Shown here: piece by piece, positions 12,785 through 25,324 of the stretch | Position numbering within the stretch: the first letter of the stretch is position 1 | How the letters are laid out: each line of letters opens with the position of its first letter | DNA from: Octopus bimaculoides | Lineage: Eukaryota | Assembly (NCBI RefSeq): GCF_001194135.2 | Contig: NC_069004.1 | Span: 15,723,250 to 15,787,249, forward strand | Length of the DNA: 64,000 nucleotides | Reading direction: 5' to 3' | Program-made: the position numbers and the translations under genes | Notes under the pieces: generated by a model | What the model saw: the letters and a program-made list of their open reading frames with translations, nothing else | Database searches by the model: none | Told to the model about the DNA's origin: nothing

Positions 12785-13080
12785 GAATGTCAGAGGGATC
12801 CTTAGAAGTAGTAGACAGTTTCCATTACTTAGGTGACCAAGTTAGCAGTAGTGAAAGTTGTTCTGAAAGCATAGCTGCTAGAATAAGAATCTTGCAGGCT
12901 TGTGGGTGCTGGTGCCACATAAAAACACCCAGTATACTCTGTAAAGTGGTTGGCATTAGGATGGGCATGCAACCATAGAAACGAGGCCAAAACAGACATT
13001 GAGTCCGGGTGGTTCTCCAGCTCCTGTCATACTGTCCTACTCATGTCAGCATGGAAAACCTGTTAAATTATGATGAATCT
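12785..13080 (+). mobile_element. RTE fragment plus RTE-tail repeat family C
   Basis: LEVVDSFHYLGDQV as at 1800-2252, then the gtaaagtggttggcattagg...ggcatccag..gtagaaacc motif repeated at 14070-14260 and 52450-52685. Confidence 0.7.
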
Positions 13081-13715
13081 ATCACTTGCTTTAACACCAC
13101 TTCTTAGCCTTCGGGTACCTTTAATAGCCTCAGAGCCTCTATAAAAAGGTCTGTGGGGTGTGGTACTGCCCTTCCTTCTCTAAAAAAAGTAAAGAATCCT
13201 CAACAACATACCAAAAAGGAGCTATGAGACGATAATTTCAAAGGCATAAACTGTAAAATTTAACTAATTGAAAATTCACACAATTTCATGGAGTTGGGAC
13301 CCTTGCCTGTCTGCATTCTGTGGTGTTAAATGAGAGATAAACCTTTGTTTGGGACGAGAACAAATCTACTAAAAGTGGCTTTCCCAAAATTTACTTTTAT
13401 TTATACCTTGAAAAAGTAGATGAGCTGAACCATGTGGGATATAGTGTTTTAGTCACAGATACTATAAAATGTGTGCAGTGTACATGGTTTGTAGAGTTTA
13501 CTACTTTATCATCTCTGCTAATTCACTTTGACACAAAAAAAGTCCCTGATGCATTGTCTTAATTGTATTTGAGCTCAGTTAAAAATATTTTGTATTTTAA
13601 ACAACAAACAAATGATTTTCTTCAAGATTAATTGAAACTTTTCCTTTTTATTTCCCCATTTTCTTATGTATTTTAAATTTCTTTTTTTTTTTTCCCTGTG
13701 TGTTCCATGGTCCAG

Positions 13716-13804
13716 TGTTAACTGGATAGTCACTATCAACAACATCGGCAGCCAGAAGGTTGAGATGCTTGAGTTATCTCTTTCCTGTAAAACAGAATAT
13801 CGTC
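13716..13804 (+). CDS. TRAPPC9: TRAPPC9 coding exon D
   Basis: Pyrimidine tract plus ccag acceptor, GTAAGT donor. (S)VNWIVTINNIGSQKVEMLELSLSCKTEYR vs human [20 protein letters not shown]. 89 nt, phase 2 to 1. Confidence 0.9.
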
Positions 13805-13820
13805 GTAAGTCTACTCCCTT

Positions 13821-13856
<36 letters not shown>

Positions 13857-14069
13857 CTATATATATATTATTAATGAGCAAAAACAAAAAAAAATACAGC
13901 AAAAGGGACAGAATCACTCCCACTCACCCATATATAAATGTTGGATAGCCATGTATCTTCTCCGTAACAAGAAACCTTTCCTTGTCTCTGGTATAAAATT
14001 TCCTTTCTACCTACTCAGATACTACCCCAATTAGTCAAGGGGACTTTCCCCTTTTCCATTTTGTTCCTT

Positions 14070-14260
14070 TCCTGTCTTGCAAGTTACTTGGCAACCCTAC
14101 TAGTACCAGTGGCATAAAAATGGGAATAGGCTGTAAAGTGGTTGGCATTAAGAACAGCATCCAGCTGTAGAAACCATGTCAAGGCACAATGCAGCCCTGT
14201 GACTCACCAGATTTTGTCAAAGCATCCAACTCATGTCAACATGGACAACTGATGCACACA
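14070..14260 (+). mobile_element. Repeat family C (RTE-tail SINE/LINE 3' end)
   Basis: Shared motif with 12940-13080 and 52450-52685. Confidence 0.65.
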
Positions 14261-14589
14261 CACACACACACGTTAGACTCTTGTCCCATTTCTGTCACTG
14301 ATTCAGTGTGATACATATCACATGGAAAATAATTAAATACACCAATGAGGAAAATGAAAAATTAATCTGATCAACAAAATTTATGAACAAAAAAAAAACA
14401 CTGTAAGTTGTGTGTGCTTGCTCTACTATATTTGCCACAAGTTGTACCTGCCTGTTGTCTCAGTTACACTTTAATAAGTAGCCTTCTGCTATTATAATTT
14501 AGCAGTTTGGGAAAAAGAATTGAGTGAAACCTGATGAATTCTTGAATAACAAGATTGATTTGATTACACAACCCAACTGGTATTTTGTT

Positions 14590-16235
14590 GTTGAGATGTT
14601 TTTACCTGATTTAAACATATTTTTGATATGCTAAAATCCAAAAATGGAATCCATTTGTTACTATCACATCTAGATTTCAATATACCCAAACACCCAATTC
14701 TTACAATTTTCCTCAATTTTCAGTAAAAGGTATTGTTTAGCTGTGAAATTTAGTACAAAATGTTGTGATCTTGATGACCAGGAAGTATCATCTGAGCCAG
14801 AGAAAGCCACAGATGATCAAGATTACTTTGGTACTGGCTCATCAGTCTCACAGCTACTTGGACCAAAATGAACTTAGTGACATGGTAAGGGACTTGATTA
14901 GAGGAAAAAAGCCTTCTTAAAGAAGGCACCAAAGTTACCTATCACACTACGGATGCTGAATTTCCCCCATTCTTCAAAGAAAATGATGAGTTAAGTGCAT
15001 CACTCAAACATTGAGGGACTACTTCAGAAGATAGGATTAGTGGAATTTGATGCAAGTGATTGGTGCCTTTTAATTGATAGCTCGAAAAGAAGTTTAAAAT
15101 GCATTCTGCTTTGTAATGGAAATATATTGGCGTCTATTCCAGTTGCTCACTTTACAAAACTAGCAGAGAAATATGAAGTCGTGAAAGCAGTGCTAGAGAA
15201 AATTAAGTACTACAATCACCAGTGGATGATATGTGTGGACTTTAAGATGGTCAATTTTCTCCTAGGGCACCAAAGTAGACAGACCAAGTATCCATGCTTT
15301 TTATGTATGTGAGACAGTAGGGCCAGGGAAAAACATAGAGTTATCAAAGAATGGCCACAGTGAACATTAGTTCCAGGGTTTATGTAGTTGAAGGGCCTTT
15401 AGTTCAACTGGGAAAAATCATCCTACCTCCACTCCATATCAGACTTGACATTATGAAGCAGTTTGTTAAAACTCTGGATAATGATGGACCATGCTTTCAC
15501 TACATGTGCAATACATTTCTCAGTCTGAGCAGTAAAAAGGTAAAAGCTGGAATATTTCATGAGTCTCAAATCAGAAAATTGATGAAAGAAATTTTGTAAA
15601 TTCAATGAATTGCATTGAAGCGGCAACCTGGAATTCAATTGTAATAGTTGTAAATGACTTTCTGAGCAACAAGAAAGCAGTCAACTATGCCAAAATGTAC
15701 TGGAGAACTTTCAAAAGTTGGGAGAAAATATGAGCATAAAGCTGCACTGTCTCCACAGTCATCTTGATAAATTCTCTGGAAACTTTGGTGACTTAAGTGA
15801 CATGCAGAAGGAACATTTTCATTAGGACACCAAATCAATAAAACAAAGTTTATCAAAGCAGATCAGACATGCATATGATAGCAGACTATTACTGGAACTT
15901 GGCTCGTAATCTTCAGCACTCAATAAAACCATTCAAATATAAATTCATAGGAAATTAGGTATAAGCAATGCTGTAATTTGTCTGTAAGAATTTAAAGATT
16001 TTTATTAGTTTTTTGGTTGAATTTTAAGAAAACATTCTGGTTTTGAAGAAAAACTAATTTCTGTGTATGTTTGTATATTATGCTACCTTGTTCCGCGTGA
16101 CCTGTTTTACTGAAAAAAACAAAAAAAACAATGAAATTCTATAGATCCAGTATCTTAAAACTTGGATATGATTGTAATAAATGGATGTCCATTTCAGGTT
16201 GTGTGTATCAAAAAATTCATTTTTGACAAATCTTA
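14590..16235 (+). mobile_element. DNA transposon with decayed transposase, probably Chapaev(3)-like (CMC)
   Basis: WCLLIDSSKRSLKCILLCNGN..SIPVAH..KYYNHQWMICVDFKMVNFLLG..TKYPCFLC, then LPPLHIRLDIMKQFVKTLD. Imperfect subterminal inverted repeats at ~14607-14690 and ~16145-16235. The family label is from recall. Confidence 0.65.
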
Positions 16236-16479
16236 ACTGAATGTCACTTTGTATGGTGGTACGTGTAAAGCATCAACTGAGAATGGTTGATTGATCCACT
16301 GTGTCTCTACCTGCTGAAAGTTGCTCTGACTGAAGCTACCCAACAAGAAAATTGAGAACAGATATTTAAATTACATAGTAGAAACAAGACTGGGGAATCT
16401 CAATCTCATATGTCCAACATATGGCTCATGGGTCAGATTCTGCCTTTGACACTCTTTATTCCAGCCACCATCTCAATTT

Positions 16480-16825
16480 TTTTTTTTAACAAAAGTCATT
16501 ACTTTTTTGTAATTTTAAAAATATTCTATAATTTGTGTGACACCAGTATCTGCCATGACTGCAGTTTTACTTGGCTTGATGGGTCTTCTTCTCAAGCATG
16601 GCATAATGCCAAAGGTCTCGATCATTCATTATTGTCTCTGTGAGGCCCAAAGTTCAAAGTTCATGTTTCACCACCTTGTCCCATGTATTCTTGGGTCTAC
16701 CCCTACCATAGGTTCCCTCCACAGTTAGAGATCAGCACTTCTTTACACCACTGTTCTCATCCATATGCATCACATGACCAAACCAGCACATTTGTCTCTC
16801 TTGCATATCACATCTGATGCTTCAG
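16480..16825 (-). mobile_element. RTE-like LINE 3' fragment
   Basis: The - strand resembles the RTE RWFGHV-region/3' end. Overlapping similarity to 11926-12045 and 1720-1830. Confidence 0.55.
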
Positions 16826-17589
16826 AGAGAAAAAAGGGATTAAAAATCCAGGCAGATATCTACAATGCACTCAGTTTTAAATGAATTTGGTTAACTACAT
16901 CTAACAATCAGATACCAATAAATGCAAGTAGAAAACACATCCAAGGTAATTCCTCATATACAAGTAGAAGAATTTCAAGAAATTCAGAGTATTAGCCAAC
17001 AAAACTTTGTATGGAGAAAATCACTAGGCTGACAATTGTCTCAATTGTGTTAACATATTTAGACATAGAAAATATCATTAAAATTGATATTTCTGAAAAT
17101 ACATGTTAACATGTTCTCAAGGCAATTCAAAATTAGTTTTATTCAAAGTGAACTAAGGGAACATTTCCAGTACACAAACACATACAAAAAGAACGCTAAG
17201 AAGAAATATAATCTAAGAAAGTCTATTTTTCTATTCAACTCTTTGTAATGTCAGTGGATAATGAAAGATTAAAAAATAAACATAAGAACTCTGTTATGAC
17301 AATTAGAAACATAGAGATTTTACACCACAACAATTACCTGTTTATCAAATATAGTAAACTTTTTTAGAAAAATTATGCTTATATAACATGAAAAGCAATT
17401 ATAATTAAGAACTGAAATGTTTAAATGCCTTTCAAAATTTGTGGCAGCATTTCATTGTAAAAGTTTCATTAAAATTTAATAAAATTAATTTAGAAGTAAT
17501 TATATAGTACATTTTTTCAAGGCAAAGATCACATGTAGAATTGCCAATATTGTATGATGGTGTATAAGTAATAATGGACCACTTTAAAT

Positions 17590-19320
17590 AATACTTAATG
17601 TTTTTATCTATTAAATCCCAAATGCATTAGTAAGTGCATTTGGGATTTGTAGAATTAGCTTTTCTTCTATACTTAAATGAATGAGAAGGATTATGAAATC
17701 TTGATTTCCAAATTGCAGCAGATGAACCTATGTAATAATAATACTTACAATCCCCTATTATTACCTTACACTGATATACTACATTTTTACTTAAACACTG
17801 ATTTTCTAAAGAGCAGACAAATTTGTTTTTACAATTACGCAGACAATTATTCACTTGTATTTGGTACTTGTGGTTAAAAGAATTGTTACCAGTCCTCTCA
17901 GAATTAGGTGTTAAAGTAGGATTATTATATTGTAATTAATATTAAAACTAGGTGTTAACATAACTGTATTATTAGAATCAGAATTACTTTTACTTAAAGA
18001 ATTGAAATGCAGTTCACAATGCACATTATTGATTTTACTCCTGTTCATAGATTTTGAATTGAGATATTCCCTGATTTTCTGTTTATTGTGTGCTGCTATA
18101 ATCTCAGCTAAATTTGTAGTGGTTGATTACAAAAACTTTATACTATGGCCATTAAATAATTTCCCATATTTACTTGAAGGTGGGAAATACTTATCTAGTG
18201 CAGCAAAAAATTTTCGAGAAATATTGGTGGCTATTGAATATGTAAATGGTGCATTATATCAAATAATATTCTTTCTGTTATTTATATATATGCTTTTCTT
18301 AGTATTAACATTATTAATTTTGGATTTTTTCCTATTGTAATTCTTATTAAATTTATAAATGTTATTGCTATTATTATTATTATCAAAGTTTATATCAACC
18401 ATATATTTACTATCTACAGCATTAAATCTATACTTTTCAATAATGAATTCATGTTCAATATTTGTATCATTATTCTTATTTCTTTTATTTAGCTTAGTTA
18501 AAGAAGAATGCCTGCTGCATTTATTTCTATCTTTATATTTATTTTATTACACTCACTATGAAAGTCTATCTTATTGAATATTCTATCATTTCTGGGAATT
18601 TTATTATTATTTTGATTCTGGATATAGGAAATTTTGTTTTTATATCCAGCTTCAAATAATGCATGGTTATAGTAATTTTGATTTTGTTTAAATACATCCT
18701 CATTAACTGAAAGCCTCAAAATATGAGTAGTTTTTTTTAATGATAGAATTTATGATGCTTCTTGGATGATTAGAATTTTTATTTATATACCTTAAGCACT
18801 TATTTGGTTTTTGATAAGGTTGGTATAGTCCAGTACTTAAATCTAGATTGACATCAAGGGAATTAACCTGAGTATAATCATTTTCGATTGAGATAGAGTG
18901 ACCAAGATGTTTAAAGAATTTGGAAAGATTGTTTTCTGGACCTTTCTAAATTAACCTTATTGGTTTTATATATAGTGAATAGAGTGTCATCTCTATATAA
19001 TGCACCTTCTAGTTCAGGAAATTCACAATGTATACAATTTAGAATATAAATATCCATTAAATCAGTTACTTGAGCCAAGTCATTGGAACCCATAGTAATT
19101 TTGAAATAATGAGGGTTATCAGTTCTACATAGCTGTTAGTATTATACTGACTTCATGTTTGGATAAATCAGAATTCTTCATAGTAAAACTTAAGTATTTA
19201 TCCAGTAGGATAGGTTTGATGGATGTGTAATAATTAGATATATCCAGCTAAATGAATTTAGTGTTTTTTTTATCGATAATATTAATACTAATGGCTAGGA
19301 AAACTATAATTGAATTCATT
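17590..19320 (-). mobile_element. Penelope-like element (RT + GIY-YIG endonuclease), decayed
   Basis: MGS..AQVTDL..GALYRDDTLF (RT), then YYNHALFEAGYK, then VVYQCKV..YYYIGSS..WKSRFHN..SF (GIY-YIG). Confidence 0.85.
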
Positions 19321-19324
19321 TTGA

Positions 19325-20110
19325 CATTATTATGGAGTCCAATGACTTGGCTCAAGTAACTGATTTAGTTGGTCTTTATATTCTTAATTGTATACATAGA
19401 GAATTTCCTGAATTAGAGAATGGATTATATAGAGATGACACTCTATTCACTATATATAAGTTCAATAAGGTTAATTTAGAAAGGTCCAGAAAAAAATCTT
19501 TTCAAATTCTTTAAACATATCAGCATGACCGCACCAGCATGACCGCAGCCACTTGGCTGAAACACATAAATAAATAAATAAATAAATATCAGTCTTTGTA
19601 TCTAGATTGAAAATGATTATACTAAAGTTAACTTCCTTGATGTTACTCTGGATTTAAGTACTGAGCTATACCAACCTTATCATAAACCAAATGGGTGCTT
19701 AAGGTATGGGAATAAAAATTCTAATAATCCAAGAAGCATCATAAATTCTATCATTAAAAAAAAAATCTACTCATATTTTGAGGCTTTCAGTTAATGAGGA
19801 TGTATTTAAACAAAATCAAAATTACTATAACTATGCATTATTTGAAGCTGGATATAAAAACAAAATTTCCTATATCCAGAATCAAAATAATAATAAGATT
19901 TCTGGAAATGATATTAGGTAAGTTAGAGCTTAATGGTGAGTGTAATAATAATAAACATATAGAAGTAAATGCATCAAGCAATCTTTTTCAACAAAGCTAA
20001 ATTAAAGAAAGAAGAATAATGATACAAATGTGAATGGTAAAAAATAAGTATTGAAGATAATTTATTATTAAAAACTCTAGATACTAAATATATGGTTGGT
20101 ATGAACATAA
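19325..20110 (+). mobile_element. Inverted duplicate of the Penelope-like RT segment
   Basis: Reverse complement of ~18380-19100 (ORF 19332 MESNDLAQVTDL..LYRDD mirrors ORF 18911). Contains a ~60-nt SINE-tail insertion at ~19527-19585. Confidence 0.85.
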
Positions 20111-20559
20111 AAAAATAATAATTTCAAATTTTGGCAAGAGGCCAGCATTTTTGGAAGAAGCCCAACATCTCCCTCAGGACCAAAACTTTGAATGCAAACT
20201 TTGTTAACATCTTGTATTCATTACTTTCCCTATTGTTAATACAGTTGTTATAATGTATATTGATTTCTTTATCCACCTACTTGGCCTACATTATGAATAG
20301 AGATTTTAGGAATAATTGTCCTTATCTAGCCCTCAAGATTTAGTTTATGCTTCAATTTGGCCTGTGGAATCAAATGAGTTTGACATTCCTGATGTTGATG
20401 TTTGTAGATAATTTGGAGTACCAATAACTACTGTTATCTTTAAAACTTGTCAACAGTAGTGAAAACAATATGTACCAAGAATTAGATTAAAAATCTAATC
20501 ATTCTATAAAATTTTGTAGTGTCTACTTTTTCTTGAGATTTCTGTTTTTCATCTTACAG

Positions 20560-20697
20560 GTGCTTTACAAAAAGTGGTGCTATGGAACCAGGAAGCTATT
20601 AACTGCCAGCTTCCTCTAAAGCCTGATGAATCTACTAATATCCCTGTCAGTCTTAATGGTTATAACTATTTCAATTCAGACTTGGATTACTCTGACG
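20560..20697 (+). CDS. TRAPPC9: TRAPPC9 coding exon E (3' boundary could alternatively be 20721)
   Basis: atcttacag acceptor. (R)ALQKVVLWNQEAINCQLPLKPDESTNIPVSLNGYNYFNSDLDYSD vs human DFLSWKLEETLAQFPLQPG...QDLSDD. The GTATGA donor at 20698 gives phase 1, which fits exon F. An in-frame GTAAAG donor also exists at 20722. Confidence 0.87.
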
Positions 20698-20736
20698 GTA
20701 TGAACCTTTGTCATTTATTGGGTAAAGAAAGATATA

Positions 20737-22019
20737 TCAGGCTGAGTAAAAAGTAAGCAACATTTTGAAACATGAAATTCATTACAATATATTTCAACAA
20801 TGTAGAAATTTTATTCATCAAAGTAAGTACCATTGCAATCAACACATTTTTGCCGAGTTACAAGTTTGTTTATTCTGGTAACATAAAAATCTGGAGTTCT
20901 GGAGCTGATGAACTCTTTGAATGCACTTTCAGCATTGGTTTGATTTTTGAACTCCTTCTCTCACAGGAAACCATCAAGGTGCTTGAAAAGGTAGTAGTTG
21001 GTAGGAGAAAGCTCCGGGGAATAAGTTGGGTAGGGAAGAACTTTGTAGCCAAGTTCCTTCAACTTCTGGAGTGTCATTAGTAAAACATGTGGTCAAGCAT
21101 TGTCATGAAGAATGATTGGCCATTTTCTATTGACCAGTCTCGGATGGAGGAGTAGCAGTTTTTCGTTCATTTTGGCAATTTCAGGGCAGTATGTTTCTGC
21201 AGTAATAGTTTTTCTGGGTTTTAAGAAGTTATAGCGGATGAGTCCAGCAGTACACCACCAAACAGTCACTAAACTTCCATTTTGAAGAGCTCAGGTTCAT
21301 GGAAGATTTTTGGTGCTTCATTTTGGTTCAATCACTGCAAAGAACGTTTTTTTATTATTGTACAGAATCCACTTTTCTTCGCAAGTTACAATACGGTCAA
21401 GAAATGGATTGGTCTGGTTATAGAGAAGAAGCAATGAGCAAATTTCATATCTGCACATTTTCTGATTTTCATTCAAATCATGTGATACCCATTTGTTGAG
21501 CTTCTTTGATTTTCTAATTGCATGCACATGGTTGCAGGCAGTTTTCTGGCTAACTTGAAGTTCTTTTGCCAGTTCTTGAGTAGTTTTACGTGGACTTTTC
21601 TCAATGACGGTCTTTAATTGACCGTCATGGATGGCAGATAGGTGTCCACTATACTCACATTCTTCAAGGCTCAGGTCTCCACTGTGATATCGTCTAAACC
21701 ATTTTCGAGCTGACCAATCACTGGTCAATTCCTCACCAAGTGTTTCATTGATATCACAGGCAGTATCAGCTGCTTTACGTCCTTTTTTGAAGTTGAACAG
21801 CAAAGTTGCTTGAATAACGCCCTTTGACAGTTCCATTTCAGATGATTGTAACAATGGTGAAAAAGATATCAACGTTAATTTATCGATGCATTTGGGCAAG
21901 TCTGTGTCTGTATTATCAGACAATTGCAAAAAAATGTTTTAACAAAATTCAAAACTCTGCACAAATCTGGTACAAATTCTTCATGGTTCAAAACGTTGCT
22001 TACTTTTTACTCAACCTGA
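20737..22019 (-). mobile_element. Full-length mariner transposon (~1.28 kb), TA target duplication, inactivated transposase
   Basis: ~40-nt TIRs TCAGG(C/T)TGAGTAAAAAGTAAGCAAC with 3 mismatches, and TA on both sides (20735-36, 22020-21). ORF 21318-21929 has the HTH and WVSHDL..IVTCEEKW motifs. The TIR resembles Hsmar1/cecropia-type (recall). Confidence 0.93.
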
Positions 22020-23506
22020 TAGAATTGGCCTTTTGTCAGGTGGAGCAAAGAGGTATATAAATTGATGGAGGTACAAGTGATATTAAGTGCAGGTTGTGCT
22101 ATAGGGTAATTCTTGGAGTAGTTTCATTATAAGTAAATAGCCCTAGTGTGTTCTTTCTCTGTTGAAGGTAGTAGGATGCGATAAGGTGATCTGCTATTTC
22201 TAACAAGTCATGTGACCATATAAAGGCTTTCCCATTGGCTCACAAGCTGATGTTTAGGGTGGTTAAAGAGTCTGAATTGGTGTTGAAGGTGAAAAATGTT
22301 GTGTTGATAGTTAGTATGGCTCCACGAGATTGTATTTTGTGGGTACTGATCACAAGACCAAATTTGCTATGACTGAATTCAAATGATCTAAAAATGAGAA
22401 TGCTGAAAGCTTGAGAAACAATTTACAGAAAACCAAATTTTGAAATATTTTAGGAAAAAATAAAGTGAAAAATAGTTTTAAAAGTGAGCTTATTGCATCA
22501 TGTTTACTTTTATTGTGCTATACCAGAATAACAAAGGTGAGGTATGGTGAATATAGTTACACAAAAAAATATTTAAAAAGTGTGTTGCAAGGATATGATA
22601 TCAGACATAAGTGAAAATCGAAATAATTTATTTATTGAATACTTCTATTCTTTAAATTTCCTCATTATTTGTTTTCTTTTCTTATTATTATATAAACATA
22701 GACGTATCAAACGATTGAAAGACTGAAGTATTGCTGAGTAATAGCAAAGGGAAATAATCAAGTGCATGAAGCTATCAAAATTCAAACTATTAATTACTAT
22801 TTTATAGTTTCAAAAATAGTAAATAATAATAGAATTTAAAGAACAAAGTATTCATTAAATAAACTACCTAAGTTTTCACTTATGTCTTTGATATTATATC
22901 CCTACAATTTACTTTGATAGTTATTTATTCATGTTGCTGTTCCTTTGTTTTATTTGAGCTGTAACACTAAGTTACACTGAGGTCAGCTTTGCTTTTCATC
23001 TTTTTGGGATCAATGAAATCAGTAACAGTTGAACACTGAGGTCAATATAATCGACTAGCCCTTGGTTTTTATGGGTTTTTTTTCCATGAACAGCCTTCGA
23101 ATATCTCCTCCCTACTAAGGATTGCATGTTGTTAATTTTTCTTTTTTATGCTAAACTTGTTTATACACAAACCCTCACAACAATACATGTTCAATCTTCT
23201 CGTGTTTGTCCTTATGATCCAAACCCATATACTGGACAAGCTAAGTGTTGAGCTGAGCTGAAAAATCAAGATTAGAATATGATTTATTGATATAATACAT
23301 TCAGTACTTATAGCTATTGACACGACTAACAAACCACAAACTTCATCTTACACCTCCTTTGATGTGATATAATGATCTGGTTTCAATTGCTGGCTGTAAA
23401 TATCTCCATTCACTTACATAGTTGGTGCTCCTCAGAAAGGCAACTACTCTGAATTTCATCAGCCATCTGTTTCTCTATTAACTTCCTCCCACTTTCTATT
23501 TTTCAG

Positions 23507-23571
23507 CATCCAGCTTCACCCCAACACATTCCAACACTGCCACTTCCAAGAGCAGTACTGCTCCAAAGAAG
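23507..23571 (+). CDS. TRAPPC9: TRAPPC9 short linker exon F (65 nt)
   Basis: tttctatttttcag acceptor, AAG/GTAAAT donor. (A)SSFTPTHSNTATSKSSTAPKK. Its phase 1 to 0 change is what is needed to join exon E to exon G. Sequence similarity is low, so support comes from phase and splice signals. Confidence 0.75.
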
Positions 23572-24049
23572 GTAAATGTTCTTCATATTCATGTTGCTGT
23601 TGTTGTTACACTCTGATTGTCAACATTGTTATTGTCATAGTTACCATGGTGATTGTTGCTGTATGTAATATGATTTTTGATTGTTGTCATAGTTGTTGCT
23701 GCTGTGGCAACTGTTGTGATAAACATTACTGCAGATATAATATGTTGTGCTGAGTGCACCTGAGCACTATGTTAAGGGTACAAAGGTCTATAGAATACTC
23801 AGCCACAGGGAATTGATCAAACAACAGAAACACTCATAAATCAATGAGTGAATTCTTCATATATAGATAATAATATTACATATAGACACAAGCATGAGTG
23901 TGAGGTTAAAAAGTTTGTTTCTCAAGCACATAGTTTCAGGTTTAATTCTATTGTGCAGAACCTTGGACAAGTGTTTTCTTCTATGAGCCAAGACCAATCA
24001 AACTCTTGTGAGTGGATTTGGTAAACAGAGAGACTAAGAAAAGTCTATC

Positions 24050-24620
24050 ATATAAATATGTCTATCATATAAATATAACCAGCCTTGTTAGCTATGCGGA
24101 TGACACAAAAATCTCTCAGAGTTACAGAACCCAGAAAATATTGTGCTCCTGCAACAAAAATTGGATGCAATATACAGATGAGCTAAGGACAATAACATGC
24201 AGTTTGATACTGAAAAATTCCAAACTCTGCTCTACCAGGACGCAAGCCTGAATGAAATGCAGACAGGATACCCTGGCCTCGGAGGGATTGCAATCTCTGA
24301 AACAAAATCAGTGCATCACCTGGACATTGACATGAGTAATGATGCGTCTTTCAAAATGCATATTACTAATTTGGTAATAAAATGCAGACAGCTAGCAGTT
24401 GGATCCTGTGAACTTTCAGAATGTCTCATTCTGAACAGGAAATCATGATGATCCTCTGGAGGACATATGTCCTGAGTCACTCCCAACTATGGCCACCACA
24501 CAGTACAAAATTAACAGTGAAACTTGAAACAATCCAGAGAAGCTACATAAAGAGAATTATCTCAATGCAATGTGTCAGCTCAGCTAATGGGAAAGGCTGA
24601 AAATGTTACAACTCTACTCC
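24050..24620 (+). mobile_element. CR1-like LINE RT C-terminal fragment
   Basis: LVSYADDTKIS, MQFDTEKFQTL, LDIDMSNDASFKMHI motifs. Confidence 0.75.
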
Positions 24621-25324
24621 TTTGAACTAAGTGGGAAAAACTTTTGCCCTGATGTAATCACCTATGAACTATTTCACTCACCTATGAAGCACAGATGCAA
24701 GGATGCATTGAAACAACAGTAGTGTTTTGAATAAAGAATCTCATTAATTGCATTTTCTGTCATTTATCTGTCTATATTTGTATGTATGTATGTATGTGTG
24801 TGTAAAAACAAATATATTTAAATTCAGTCTTTTCTTGGAAATGTGAATCTTCATATATAAAAAAATTACACTGTGGAGATTCTTCCCCACAAACAATGGA
24901 TTTTTATAATTTTATTATGGGTAAGAATTGAAACAATTGTATGTAATTTATATTTAATATTTATTATTTATCATATTATGTTATATTATTATAAGAATAT
25001 AACATAATATAGTATTATGCTAATAAATTTTGAATTTTGAATTGGCAATTGTTATATATATCCATTTTCTATTTGTTTTTATAAATTTAATATATACCCA
25101 TGTAATTTGTAAGGTTTTCTCTGCAAAATTGGGTATTTAACAGTGGAGCCAGTGAAAGATTGGATGTTTTTATCCCTATTTTCCTTGGATTTAATTATAT
25201 GTGCGTGTGTGTGTATGTGTATGTATATATGTGTGTATGTATATATGTGTGTATGTATATATGTGTATGTGTGCGAGATCGTACTGAGTTGCTTTTGGCT
25301 GCCAGAATCTCAAGCTACAAATAA

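Noticed and set aside
20753-20758. GTAAGC as the main donor of exon E
   Set aside because: It lies inside the mariner TIR and breaks the frame with exons F and G. Kept only as a possible minor site.
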